Shown here in pieces: positions 15,337-30,227 of a DNA stretch of 64,000 nucleotides (position 1 is the first letter of the stretch; every line of letters begins with the position of its first letter). Under the pieces are notes generated by a model. The model was not told the DNA's origin. It saw nothing but the letters and a program-made list of their open reading frames with translations, and made no database searches. The stretch lies in the NCBI RefSeq assembly GCF_009914755.1, contig NC_060935.1, one strand, 5' to 3'. The translations under genes were made by a program, and so were the position numbers. The DNA comes from the human T2T-CHM13v2.0 reference genome, Homo sapiens.

Positions 15337-16483
15337 CTAAAAATAAATTATGTAAAGCCCAGAAATTGTAACTTTAATTCCTATTGGGCTGAATAAGTTA
15401 GGAACTCACAGGAATACCTAAGTACTTATATTCAGGCAAGGGTCCAAAATACATTTTTTGATCAGATTGAAATAGGGAAAAGGTGTCAGTTTAACTCATT
15501 GTTTAGATCTGGGCTGTTTCTAACCTTCAAACTTGTTGAATAGCCAAAGGAGAGAACTGAGATGGCAAAGCTAAGTAGATATAGCACTATAATTCTTTAT
15601 TGTACAGGGAAAATTTTCTCTCTTTCCCCTTCAAAAGGTTTGAACATGCAAAGAAATTATATTTTGCAATTTTTAAAACCTACATCTTTGGCTTTATGTG
15701 TTTGAGCTATGTTCAGATTGGTTGAAACTAAAGGAAGAAGTGGAGCTTATGAATTTTGGACTAATCTGTAGCTTTTGTGAATCATGAACTAGTTCGATCA
15801 TCTTTAATAGACGCAGATAAGAACAAATGCTCCTTTTTTGTGAAGTAGTTTTGAATGCAGGACAATAGAACTGGGAAATGAATTTATATCTTAAGAGAGA
15901 AAAATATTTAAAATTGTATAGGCATTAAACATGTTTAAACTTCCCTTTCTGTAAAACGTAGTCATGGAACCAAGGATAATTGAATAGCTAGTGTCTCCTT
16001 AGGTGGTACAACAAAAATGATGGATTTGGAAGAAGTGATGCAACTCTGGGTTTCATCTTTTGATTGGAACATTTCCTTAATGTCTTGTTGGATTGAATGT
16101 AAGAGTCACTTTTCATTGCTAATACAGAAGTAAAGCAGTATGTCAGGCATTTACAATGGCAAATGCCAAGTTCTTGAGCACATGTGTGCATATATGAATG
16201 TGTGTGTCGTGTGTGAGAGGGAAAGCAAGAGAGTCAAAGTTAAAGTCTTTGTGGTCTATTATATTCATGCATTTTAAGGTAAAACACTAGATAATAAAGC
16301 AAAAGGGATAAGGACTCAAATCAAGGTTTATTTATAAATGAACCTTTAATAAGAAAAAATGTTTTTCATAGAATTTTTAGTTTAATATAGTTTATCATTA
16401 TTTTTTATAAAATCTTATTGGTAAGATAATATAAAATGTTAAAATAGGACTGAAATGAGATATTTTTACCATTCATTCTTAAT

Positions 16484-16715
16484 GCAGTTTAATGACGTAA
16501 AGCATGGAGCATGGAACTTCACTGCTTTGTTTAAAATTCCAGATCTGCCGCTTACAGATGTAATTCTGCCCATTTTCTTTACTTGCTTTGCCTAGTTGAC
16601 TCCTCTGTGAAATGGGGATAATAGATTGTCATAATGACTAGATTAGTTAATACTTGTAAAGGACTTAGAACTGCACCTAGCCCAATGTTAAGTGTCCAAT
16701 AAATATAAACTATTA
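16484..16715 (+). mobile_element. MIR
   Basis: ctctgtgaaatggggataata...gtaaaggacttagaac...caataaat. Confidence 0.7.
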
Positions 16716-17349
16716 CTAATACAGATTTTAAAGATAATATTAGGAATGAAATTGCTCTGTAATCTCTCTGTATCCTTGAAATTTGATATCCCTTTGATAA
16801 CTAAACAATTTAGAAGAGTGGCATAATTTTTCTTGCATTTATTTTAAAGATGTAATTAACAGAGAAGCTTATCCTAATAACGTAACAAAAAATAGGTCTG
16901 TAGAAAAATGTAGCTTAGTTTAATATCATGGGTCATTTTAGAATCCTAATTAAATTGCATATTAAGCAAGTTTTCAATCAACTACTAATGAAATTGTTCT
17001 AAATGAATTACTTCTCTGGGAAGAATAATAATCATTTTTAATGAATAATATATGAGTTGTGGCTAAATGTTATTCAGATATACACATTTGTATGTGTCTG
17101 AGTGTGGGTGTGTGTATACTGCTTTATCAGATGAGTTTTTTAAAAAATGTATTTCATTGTTCCAATAGTTATTGCTAGAATGCTTTTTCATCATTTTTCC
17201 ACTAAATCAAAGATTCTGAAAGGAAATCTTAAATAATTCTTTATACATAATTATGAAAAGTTTTAAAATCATCTAGGACACCTACTCCCATTTTTATCAG
17301 GTCACTTTTGTCTTATTTATAAAGTAGAAACCCAGGTTTTTCTTTAGTT

Positions 17350-18796
17350 TTCAAAATTTGTTGTTACCTTTATACTCCACACATTATAATTGTACATATT
17401 TTGGGGGTGCAATTTGATGTTTAAATACATATATGTTGTATAGTGATCAAATTAGGGTATTTAGCGTATCCATCAACTAATGCATTTATCATTTCTTTGT
17501 GGCGAGAATGTGGAAAGCCTCTCTTCTAGCTATTTTGTGCTATGCTTTACTCACCCTATAGCTGTAGGGTACTGTAGCTATAGTCACCCTGCTGGGCAAT
17601 AGAACACCAAAACTTATTCCTTATATCTAATTATAACTTTGTACTTGTTGAACAACCTCTTTTTATCTTCCCTTTATGTATCCCCTCCACAGTTTCTAGT
17701 AACCGCTGTTCTACTCTCTGCTCCTATGTTACCAACGTTTTTCCTAAGATTCCACATGAGTAAGATTATGTGGTATTTGACTTTCTGTGTTTGGCTTATT
17801 TCACTTAATGTAATGTCTTCCAGGTTCCTCCGTGTTGTCACAACTGACAGAATTTCATTCTTTTTTTTCCTATAGCTGAACAGTATTCCATGGTGTATAT
17901 ATACCATGTTTTCTTTATCCATTCATTGTTGCACATTTAGGTTAGTTCTGTATCTTGTGTCTTGTAAATAGTGCTACAGTAAACGTGGGAGTTCAAATGC
18001 CTTTTATACTAATTTCATTTCCTTTGGATATATACCCAGTAGTGAGAGTGTGGGTAGTTCTATTTTTAGTTTTTTGAGAAAACTCTGTACTTTTAAAATA
18101 ATAGCTATACTAATTTACAATTCCACCAGTAGTATGTAAGTGTTCCCTTTTCTCAATATCTTTACTAACACTTGTTTTCTTTTGCCTTCTTGATAATAGC
18201 TTTTCTAACTGGAATGAGACAACATCTCGTTGTGGTTTTGATTTGCATTTCTCTGATTAATGATGTACATTTTTTCATACATCTGTTGGTCATTTGTGTG
18301 TCTTCAGAAATGCTGGCTAAGGTCTTTTACCAATTTTTGAATCACATTTGGGTTTTTTTTTTAACCATTGAGGTAATTTCCTTTTACGTTCTGGATATTA
18401 ACCCCTAATTAGATGTATTGTTTGCAAATATTTTCTCCCATTCTGTAGGTTAACTCTTCACTCTGTTAATTGTTTCCTTTGCTATGCAAAAGCTTTCTAG
18501 TTTGATATAATCCCATTTGTCTCTTTCTGCTTTTGTTGCTTGTGCATTTGAAGCCCTATTTAAAAAATCCTTGCCCAGCCCAGGTACTGAAGTTCTTCCT
18601 GCATATTTTCTTCTAGTAGTTTCATAGTTTGAAGTCTTTAATTTATTTTTATTTTATTTTTGTATATAATGAGAGGTAGGGGTCTAGTCTCATTCTTCTG
18701 CATGTGGATATCTAATTTTTCTAGCACCATTTATTGACAATACTGTCTTTCCCCAATGTGTGTTCTTGGGACCTTTGTCAAAAAATCAGTTGGCTG
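17350..18796 (-). mobile_element. Old L1 (L1MA-type) 3' end and ORF2 C-terminus
   Basis: Antisense translation ...KKNEILSVVTTRRNLEDITLSEISQTQKVKYH; L1MA 3'UTR. Confidence 0.85.
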
Positions 18797-21639
18797 ACTT
18801 TGGGCTGGAATAAGATGGCAGAATAGAAGGCTCTACCAGTCACCCTCCCCTCTACCAACCCTGCAAGGATACCAATTTAACTATCTGCACACACAAAAAC
18901 CACCTTTATAAGCACTAAAAATCAGGTAAGCACTCACAATAACTGGTTTTAACTTCTTATTGCTGAAAGAGGCATTGAAGAGGTAGGAAAAACAGTTTTG
19001 AATTGCAGACACCATCCCTCCCCTGTCTCCAAGCAGCAGTGGCATGGCATGGAGAGCGTTTTGGTGCACTGGGGAGAGGGAGATTGCAGCATTTGTGAGG
19101 CACTGAACCCAGTGCTGCCCTATTATAACAGAAAACAAAATGGCTGACACCCACCCTCAGAAGGATAATTTAAACCAGCCCTAACCAGAGAGGATTCCCA
19201 GATGCTGGCGGCAGGAACCTGAGTTCTTGCAAGCCTCACCAAAGCAGGCTGAAGTACTCTGGGGCTCTAAATAATCTTGAAAAGCAGTCCAGGCCACAAG
19301 GATTTCAATTCCTATGTGAGTAATGCTGCTGAACTAGGCCCAGAGACAGTGAACTGGAAGGGACACGTGACCTACTGAGGCACCTGCTGGGGCAGCTAAG
19401 GGAATGCTGGCATCACCCCTCTCCTAACCTCAGGATACACAGCTCACATCTCCAAAACAGACTCTTTCCTTCTGTTTGAGGAGAGGAGGGTAAAAAGTGG
19501 GGAGGATTTTGTCTTGCATCTTGGATACAAGCTCAGCCACAACAGGATAGGGAACCAGTCAAAGTTGTGAGCCCTTTTTCTAGGCCCTAGCTCCCGGGCA
19601 ACATTCGTAGACACTCACTGCATCAGAAAGCAACCTGCTGCCTTGAAGGGAAGGACCCAATCCTGGCAAGATTCATCACCTGCTAACTGAAGATCCCTTG
19701 TGCCCTGCATAACCAGCAGCAATACCCACGTGTACTACATTGAGGGCCTTGGGTGAGGTTCTGAGGCTTACTGGCTTCAGGTGAGACTCAGCACATTCCC
19801 AGCTGTGGTGGTTGTGGAGCAAGACTCCTTCCACTTGAGAAAAGCAGAGAGAAATGCAAAGGGGACATTGTCTTGCACATTAGGTAGAAGCTTGGCTACA
19901 GAGATAGGACACCAAAGAGGCTCTTGGAGCCCCAATTTCAGGACTTGGCTCTTAGACGGCATTGCTGGACCTGCCCTGGGCCAGAGGTGAGCCCACTGCC
20001 CTGAAGGGTGAGTCCCAGGTCAGGCAGCATTCACTACAAGTGGACTGAAGAACCTTTGGGCCTTAAGGGAATATCAGTGGTAGTTTTAGAGGCTCCTTAT
20101 GAGCCTGTTGTGGCAGTGGCCACGAGTGAGGCTCCTCTGCCTTTGGAAAGGGGAAGGAAGAAAGGAGAAGGACTGAATTTTGTGGTTTGAGTGGCACAAT
20201 ACTCAGCTGCAATACAATAAAATACCAGGTAGAGTTCTAAGATTTTTGCCTCTAGTTCCTAGCTGCCAGACAGTACCTCTGGACACACCCATGGCTTGGG
20301 GAAGCTCACCAACCTGAAGGGAAGGACACAGGCCTGGCTGACTTTGCCACCTGCTGATTGTAAAACCCCAGGGCCTTGAGTGATCATAGGCCATAGCCAA
20401 GGAGTGGTTACTGCAGGCCTTGGCAAGACCTAGTGCTGTGCTGGCTTCAGATCTGACACAGTACAGTACTAGTGGTGGTAGCCACAGGAGTGCTTGTGTC
20501 ACACCACCCCCAGCTCCAGGTGACTCAGAACAGAGAGAGGGTCCTTTCATTGGGGTGAAAATAAGGGAAGAGAACAAGAGTCCCTGCCTGATAATCCAGA
20601 AAATTCTTCCAGATCTAGTCCAAGACCATCAAGGTGGCACCTCTATGAAGATGCAAGAACCACAATATTACTGGGCTTGGAGTACACCCTAAAGCAGGTA
20701 GAGCTTAGATCACAACACCCAAGTCCTTTAAAATATCTGGAAAGCCTTCCTAAGAAGGTACAAACAATCCCAGACTGAGAAAACTACAATAAATAACTAA
20801 CTCTTCAATGCCGAGACACCAAAGAACACCTGCAAGCATTAACACCATCCAGGAAAACATGACCTCACAAAATTAACTAAGGCACCAGGGACCAATCCTG
20901 GAGACACAGAAATATGGGACCTTTCAGACAGAGAATGCAAAATAGCTACTTTGAGAAAACTCAAACTCAACACAGAGAAGGAGCTCAGAATTCTATCAGG
21001 TAAATTTTAACAAAGAGATTGAAATAATTAAAAAGAATCAGGCAGAAATTCTTGAGTTGAAAAGTGCAACTGGCATACTGAAGAATGCATTCAAGCCTTT
21101 TGATAACAGAATTCATCAAGCAGAAGAAAGTGAGCTTGAAGACAGACTATTTGAAAATATAGTCAGAGAAGACAAAAGAAAAAAGAATTAAAAACAAGCA
21201 CACCTACAGGTTCTAGAAAGTAGACTGAAAAGGGCACATCTAAGAGTTATTGGCCTTAAAGAGGAGGTAGAGAAAGAGATAGAGGTAGAAAGTTTATTCA
21301 AAAGGATAATAACGAGAGCTTCTCAAATCTAGAGAAAGATATCAATATTCACATACAAGAAGGTTGTAGAATACCAAGCAGATTTAATTGAAAGAAGAGT
21401 ACTTCAAGGCACTTACTAATCAGACTCCCAAAGATCAAGGAAAAAGAAAGGATCCTAAAAGCAGTAAGAGAAAAGAAACAAGTAACATACAATGGAGCTC
21501 CAATACATCTGGCAGCAGACTTTTCAGTGGAAGCCTTACAGGAGAGAGTGGCATGACATTTAAAGTACTGAATGAAAAAAATATTTTACCCTAGAATAGT
21601 ATATGTAGTGAAAATATCCTTCAAACATGAAGTAGAAAT
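18797..21639 (+). mobile_element. L1 5' portion (L1M1/L1MA-type 5'UTR plus most of ORF1), 3'-truncated
   Basis: Begins ...aataagatggcagaatagaagg (L1 5' end, YY1-like motif); ~2-kb GC-richer UTR; ORF1 remnants ending in FYPRIVYVVKISFKHE. Confidence 0.75.
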
Positions 21640-21934
21640 TTTCTTGATTTTATTTGCAGATAGCTCACTATTAGTGGATAGTAACACTACTGGTTTTTGT
21701 ATGTTAATTTTGTATCATGAAACTATACTGAATTTGTTTCTTCTCACAGTTTTTGGTGGAGTCTTTAGAGTTTTCTGTATATAAGATCATGTTGTCAGCA
21801 AATAGGAACAATTTGGTTTCTTCCTTTCCCATTTGGGTTTTTTTTTTTTTTTTTTTTTGTCTTGCCTAATTGTTCTGGCTAGAACTTTCATTCCTATGTT
21901 GAATAAAAGTAGTGAAAGTGGGCAACTTTGTCTT

Positions 21935-21940
<6 letters not shown>

Positions 21941-21965
<25 letters not shown>

Positions 21966-22225
21966 GAGGCAGGGTCTCACTCTGTCACCCAGGCTGGAGT
22001 GCAGTGGCACGATCTTGCTCACTGCAACCTCCACCTCCCAGGCTCAAGCAATTCTCATGCTTCAGCCTCCGAGTAGCTGGGATGCACCACCATGCCTGGC
22101 TAATTTTTGTATTTCTAGTTTGACCATGTTGTCTAGGCTGGTCTCGAACTCCTGAGCTCAAGTGATCTGCCTGCCTAGGCCTCCCAAAGTGGTGGGATTA
22201 CAGGTGTGAGCCTCCGCGCCCAGCC
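21941..22225 (-). mobile_element. Alu (AluJb-like)
   Basis: Antisense dimer; TSD-like ctttgtcttgttctt / ctttatctcgttctt. Confidence 0.92.
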
Positions 22226-22751
22226 TTTATCTCGTTCTTGATCTTAACATTCAGTATGATGTTATCTGTGCATTTGTGAAGTGTGGCCTTTAATTGTGTT
22301 GAGGTAGATAACTTCTGTTTCAATTTGTTGATAGTTTTTTTGTCAGGAAGAGATGTTGAATTTTGTCAAATGCCTTTTTTGTGTCTGTTGAAATGATCAT
22401 GTGGCTTTTGTCCTTCTGTTAATGTGTGTCATTTTTATTCATTTGTATATGTTGAACCATCCTTGCATCCCTGGGGTGAATCCCACTTTAGTATACTGAA
22501 TGATCTTTTTAATGTATTTTTGAATTTGGTTCGCTAGTATCTTTTTGAGAGTTTTCACATCTATGTTTCAGGGATATTGGCCTGTAGTTTGCTTTTCCTT
22601 TGCTGTGTTTTTTCTTTGCTGTGTCCTTCTCTGGTTTTGGAATCACAATCATGCTGGCTTTGTAAAATGAGTTTAGAATTGTTTCTTCCTCTTTATTTTT
22701 TTGGAATAGTTTGAAGAACATTGGTATTAGTTCTTTAAATGTTTATGGTAG

Positions 22752-23141
<390 letters not shown>

Positions 23142-24036
23142 CCATTTTTTAATTGATAATTTATCTTGGTAGATTGTATGTGTCTAGGAATTTATCCACT
23201 TTTTTCTGCTATCAGTTTGTTGGCATATAGTTGCTCATAAAAGTCTCTTATGATACTTTGTATTTCTGTGATATCAGTAGTAATGTCCTCTTTTTTGACT
23301 CTTCTTTTTTTCTTAGTCTAACTAAAAATGCTTGTTGATTTTCATTGACCCACTGGTTATTAGGAGCATGTTGTTTTGTTTCCATGTATTTTTACAATTT
23401 CCCAAATTTTTCTTATTGATTTCTAGTTTTATATGATTGTGGCCATACAAGTTACTTGATATGATCTCTCTCTTCCTAAATCTCTTAAAACTTATTTTGT
23501 GGCCTAACATATCCTTGAGAATGTTGCATGTGCAGTTGAGAAGAATGTGTATTCTGTAGCTGTTGGATGGAATGTTCTATAAATGTCTGTTAGGTCCACT
23601 TGGTCTATGGTGCAATCTTAGTCCAATGGTTTTTTATTTTTTGTCTAGATGATCTGTCCATTGTTGAAAGTGGGGTCTTGGAATCCCCTACTATTACTAT
23701 ATTTCAGTGTCTGTTTCCTTGTAGATCTAATAATATGTGCTTTTTATATTTTGGTGCTCTTCTGTTGGGTGCATCTATATTTACAGTTGCTACCTCCTCT
23801 TTTTGAATTTACTCCTTTAGCGTTAATATAATGAGCTCCATAGTCTTTTAAAATTATTTGTGACTAAAAATCTGTTCTATTTTATATAATATGTTTATTC
23901 CTGTTCACTTTTGGTTTTTATTTATAAGGAATATCTTTTTCCATCTCTTTTCAGTCCATTTGTCTTTAATGAGTAGGCAACATATAGTAGGGTCTTGTTT
24001 ATCGATTCAGCCACACTATATCTTTTAATTGGAGAA

Positions 24037-26188
24037 TGATATGGTTTGACCATGTCCCCACACAAATCTCATCTTGAATTGTAATCCCCATAATCGCCGT
24101 GTGTCATGGGAGGGACCCAGTGAGAGGTGATTGAATCATGGGGGGTGGTTTTCTCGTGCTGTTCTCATGATAGTGAGTGAGTTCTCATGAGATCTGATGA
24201 TTTTATAAGCTACTGGCATTTCCCCTGCTGGCACTTATTCTCTCCCTTTCCTTTATAAATTACCCAGTCTGAGGTGTTTTCTCATAGCAGTGTGAGAACA
24301 GACTAATACAGTAAATTGGTACCAGGAGTGGGGCATTGCTATAAGATACCCAAGAACGTGGAAAGCAACTTTGAAACTGGGTAATGGGCAGAGGTTGGAA
24401 CAGTTTGGAGGACTCAGAAGACAGGAAGGTGTGGGAAAGTTTGGACCTTCTTACAGACTTGTTGAATGGCTTTGACCAAAATGCTGATAGTGATATGGGC
24501 AATGAAGTCCAGGCTGAGGTGGTCTCAGATGGAGATGAAAAACTTGTTGGGAACTGAAGTAAAGGTCACTCTGCCTATGCTTTAGTAGAGAGCTTTTTGA
24601 CCCTGCCCTAGAGAACTGTGGAACTTTGAACTTGAGAGAGATGATTTAGGGTATCTGGCAGGAGAAATTTCTAAACAGCAAAGCATTCAAGAGGAAGCAG
24701 AGCATAAAAGTTTGGAACATTTGCAGTCTGACGATGCAGTAGAAAACAAAAACCCATTTTCTGGGAGAAATTCAAACCAGCTATAGAAATTTGTATAATG
24801 AAGAGCCAAACACTAATTGCCAAGACAATGGGGAAAATATCTCGAGGGCATGTCAGAGAGACCTTCATGGCAGCCCCTCCCTTCACAGGCCAGGGGCCTA
24901 GGAGAGAAAAATGGTTTCTTGGGCCAGGTCTAAGGCCCCCTTGCTGTGTGCAGCCTTGGGACTTGGTGCCCTGCATTCCACCTGCTCTAGCCATGGCAAA
25001 AAGGGGTCAAGGTACAGCTCAGACTGTTGCTTCAGAGGGTGCAAGCCTCAAGCCTTGGCAACTTCCACATGGTGTTGGGCCTGTGGGTGCACAGAAAACA
25101 AGAATTGAGGTTTGGAGACCTCTGCCTAGATTTCAGAGGGTGTATGGTAATAGATGGATGTCCAAGAAGAAGTCTGCTGTAGGGTTGGAGCCCTCTTGGA
25201 GAACCTCTGCTAGGGCAGTGCGGAAGGGAAATATGGGGTCATAGCCCCCACACAGAGTCCCTACTGGGGCACTGCCTAGTGGAGCTGTGAAAAGAAGGCC
25301 ACCATCCTCCAGACCCCAGAATGGTAGATCCACCAACAGCTTGCACCGTGCTTCTGGAAAAGCCACAGACACACAAAACCAGCTGTGAAAGCAGCCAGGA
25401 GAGGGGAGCTGTACCCTGCAAAGCCACAGAGGCAGAGCTGCCCAGGGCCATGGGAGCCTGTCTCTTGCATCAGCATGGCTTAGATTTGAGACATGGAGTC
25501 AAAGGAGATTGTTTTGGAACTTTAATGACTGCCCTATTGCATTTTGGACTTGCATGGGGCCTATAGCCCCTTTGTTTTGGCCAATTTCTCCCATTTACAA
25601 TGGGTGTAGTAGCCAGTGTCTGTACCCCCATTGTATCTAGGAAGTAACTAACTTGCTTTTGGTTTTAAATGCTCATAGGTGGAAGGGACTTGCCTTGTCT
25701 CACATGAGACTTTGGTCTTGGACTTTTGGGTAGTGCTGGAATAAGACTTTGGGGGACTGTTGAGAAGGCATGATTGTGTTTTGAAATGTGAGGACATGAG
25801 ATTTTGGAGGGGCCGGGGACAGAATGATATGGTTTGGCAGTGTCTTTACACAAATCTCATCTTGATTTGTAATCCCCATAATCCCCACGTGTTATTTGAG
25901 GGACCCAGTTGGAGGCAATTGAATAATGGGGGCAGTTTTCCCCATGCTGTTCTGATGATAGTGAGTGAGTTCTCATATGATCTGATGGTTTTATAAGCGT
26001 CTGGCATTTCCCCTGCTGGCACTCATTCTCTCTCCTGCTGTCCTGTGAAGAGGTGCCTTCGGCCATGATTGTAAGTTTCCTGAGGCCTCCCCAGCCAGGC
26101 AGAGATGTGAGTCAATTAAAACTCTTCTCTTTGTAAATTACCCAGTCTCAGGTAATTCCTTATAGCAATGTGAGAACAGACTAATACA
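24037..26188 (+). mobile_element. THE1D-type MaLR element, LTR-int-LTR (5'LTR 24037-24310 with internal deletion; 3'LTR 25825-26188), TSD gagaa
   Basis: tgatatggtttg...gactaataca LTR termini twice; gtaaattggtacc internal start; purine tract before 3'LTR; gagaa at 24032-24036 and 26189-26193. Confidence 0.92.
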
Positions 26189-27637
26189 GAGAATTTAACC
26201 CATTAATATTTAAGGTTATTAATAGGTAAAGACTTCAGCCATTTTGCTAAATGTTTTCTGGTTGTTTTTTAGATCTTTGGTCCTTTCTTCTTGTTTAAAT
26301 CTGGTTTGGTTGTTTCAACAGTGTTGCTAAGCCTTGTTTACTTTTTTTTTCTTACTTGTGTATTTGTTGTAATTTCTTTCTTTGTTTTCACCATAGGGCT
26401 AACATAAAGAATCCTGTAGTTGTAACAGAGTATTTTAAGCTGATAATGTAACTTTGGTTGCATAACACTGCTACACTCCTTTCTCTCTCCCATTTATATT
26501 TGTGTTATCTTGATTTACATCTTTGTGTATGATGGGTTCCTTAGCCACTATTTGTAGCTGCTGTTTTTTCACCATTTTGACTTTAAATCTTCATACTAAA
26601 GGATTGAAAGATTTACATAGCACTATTAGAGCAATTCCGTATTCTTTGTTATAAATTAACATCTACTGGTGGGTTTTATACTTTCATGTGCTTTTATCAT
26701 TTTTTGTAAGGCCACTCTAGTAGTGACGAATTACCTCAGCTTTTAATTATCTGGTAAGGTCTTTATTTCTCCTTTATTTCTGGAGGATAGCTTTTGCTGG
26801 ATGTTACATTGTTGACTGATTTTTTTCTCAGTACTTTCTCTTCCTATTCTCTCCTGACCTGCAAGGTTTCTGCTGTGAAATCTGACTGTCTAGTGGGGAT
26901 TCCCTTATATGTGACTTCACATTTTTCTCTTGCAGCTTTTAGAATTATTCGTCCTTGACTTTTGACAGTTGGATTGAAATGTGGAACTTTTGGGGTTGAA
27001 TATAATCGGGGCCTTTTGAGCTTCTTGCATCTGGATGTTCATATCTCTCCCAAGACTTGGGAAGTTTTCAGCTATTATTATGTGAAATAGATTTTCTGTG
27101 ACCTTCTCTGTCTCTTCTCCCTCTTGCACTCATGTAGTGCAAATATTTTTTTCACTTAATGGTGTACCATAAGACCCATAGGCTTTCTTCATTCTTTTGC
27201 TCCTCTTATTTTTTCCCCCTTGGACTGGGTTATTTCAAAAGACTTTTCTTCAAGTTCAGAGACTCTTTTTTTCTGCTTGTTCTGGTCTGTTTTTGAAGCA
27301 CTCAATTGTATTTTTTAGTTTATTTTCAATAAAGTAACATCATATAAGAGAGATTAGACTATCGTACATAATATTTACTAAAATTTAATATTCTTATTAA
27401 ATAAGCACTTTTTAATCTTTTGATTATAATTATAGATATTGGTGGAAAACTAACCATTTAGTTATATAATTCTGTTTTTAAATGTCTAAACTAAAAATGA
27501 AACTAATCTTTTATATTCTTATACATTTATTTCTAGTATGAATATGCAAAATACAAATAATTTTTTCTTCTCCATATCTTGGTGGAAGAGTTACTTTGAT
27601 AGAATTTGAAGTTACTTTTTACATTTACATAGGGTGA

Positions 27638-27986
<349 letters not shown>

Positions 27987-30227
27987 TAATTTAACATCAT
28001 TAATACTGAGCATAAACAGGGATAAAAAAATTTATGATCCGAATATTTATAATTGTTTTTAATATTAAGAATTGTACATCTCTATCCCCATTTTACCCTA
28101 CTCTCTCCCAAATCCCTTCCTTTCACACTGACAACAGAGTATATTTATGAGCCTTATTTGTTAATGTCATGCTAGAAGTCACTTTGCTCTTTCATTTTCT
28201 TGTGATAATTTATCATATATATTTTAAGTTCTCTGCTTTAAGTTCTAACATTGTGGGACTGGCTGCCTTACTTTGCTCTGATTAAGAAAAGAGCCCTTAC
28301 CATTTTTTTAAAGAGAAATCAATACACTTACTCAAAATGAGCTAATTAGGGTAAGCCTTTGGGATACTGCAAATGGAGAGTAGATTTTCAGGCCACTGTG
28401 ATGGCTAGGACTGCTTAGATACTTCAGGTTTTTAATTTCAGGAGGTTAAAATCAAATATAGTTTAGAGATTGCTTATAATGCTTAAATTTGGATCTCATT
28501 GAAATAAAAATAATCAGTGGTGTCTGGCTCAAGAGAGTAACCTCTAATTCCAAGGCAATTCCAAAATATTATTTAAAAGTGTTTCTCTTTGTGCAATAAA
28601 CATTTCTGAGGATTTTTACATCTGAAAATATCTTTATTTCATCTTCACATTTCTCTAGTAGACTGATAGTGTAGCTGCAGATCAATTTTTAGCTTTCCAA
28701 TTCTTTTTCTACAACTCTTAGAAAATATTACTCATTGGTCTTTTATTGAAAAAATTAATCTGATTTTTATTTCTTTGAAAGTGACTATTTCTTTCCTTCA
28801 GAGTATTCTTTGTCTCTGATATTAAGTTCCACGATAATATGTTTAAGTGTATGTTTTTTTGTTTGCATCTATTCTGTTTGATGCTCTAAAGCCAACCTTT
28901 CCACCTATTCCTGGTAACTCAAACCAGCTGGATTGCATGCTATGGTATATTAGGTTCGCTGCTGCCTATGGCTAGTTGTTGATATTGCTCTTTTTTAGCT
29001 CTGAAATAGTGACACAGTGGATAATGATGCAATCAAGACAATGTGAAAAGAAAAGTTTGCAGCCAAAATCTCTCCCTAGTCTGGTTTGCCCCAGCCATGG
29101 CAGTTACCATGTTCTCTCCTCCCGCTTAAAGTGCCCCAACACTTTCTTTCTGCCAGATGTTTCCCATTCCTGTTGTGCCATCTTCTGTGTTCAGTATCCT
29201 TTTATTTTGTCAAACACAAGATTTGGAAGTGGGAGATAGTTTTTCATTTTGAGTATAAACCAGGGTAACTTTTAAAACTCCATTTTAATTCTTGTTTGTA
29301 AAATACAGTTTTCCAAAATTTTTATATTACATTCATAATAGCCAAATTTATCAAATATTTTCCTCTTCATTCTGCTGTAGTTTTACCCCTCCCATTTTCT
29401 TCCCAAAGCCATTACCATGACTGAGGCTTCTATTCTTTATGGACTAAGGCAGAAAACTCCAAATTTTGACTCTTACTTCCTTTCAAATCATCCTTTATTA
29501 ATATAACATTTATTTTTCTAAGGAAAACCTTTTTTCCCCTCCATAACTTGGTTCTGTAGCCAACCTTACGTCTAAGCTTCTTCTATAGCAAAGCAGATCT
29601 TATTGTTGCATGAACAAACCGTGACAGATTCTGTGAGGACTTTCTAAATGCTCTTTCCTTCTCCTGGAATCTCCTAGCTATGCTTAACCAATAAAAATCA
29701 GATAATGCTCCAGCATGCTCCAGAAGCCCTCTCAGTTGTTACTTATTTCCCCTTCTGTATTTCTAGTACCAATATATTACTTAAATAATAATTTCCATAA
29801 AAGTTATGTTTTAAACTAGGCAAGTTCAGATATGGCACTTGAATAAACAGGAATTATTTGGGGAGAATTTTAAAGTGTATACATATAAATGATTCAAATG
29901 AAAGAACTTAAGACCAAATTTTAGTTTTACAGTTTATCATTTTTATCAGGTTATAGTTAATTACTAGCTAAACTTAATAGAATAATTACACTTTAAAAAA
30001 ATAAGTCAATTTTTGTTGAAAAGTAAAGAGCAGCGAGTCATCCAGGTTCTCATCTTTTCCCATTAAGTATTTACAGGAATTTAGCTGACTGTAAACTTCT
30101 GTAACTGACTGTAAACAGTCGAGATAACTCACTACCTTTGTACTGGTCTGAATCACTTCTGAAGTTTTTCTTAGGTTTCTCATGTGTAAAAGAACGTAAT
30201 AACCACTTCCCTCTCCAGTCATTTGTT

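Noticed and set aside
24128-24138. DUX-type motif TGATTGAATCA in the THE1 5' LTR
   Set aside because: It deviates from the TAAT half-site preferred by DUX4, the 3' LTR copy is more degenerate, and it is a generic THE1 feature.
24798-25244. 148-aa ORF and overlapping ORFs in both strands
   Set aside because: They lie in the THE1 internal region and are decayed MaLR ORF remnants or GC-rich shadows, with no independent coding evidence.
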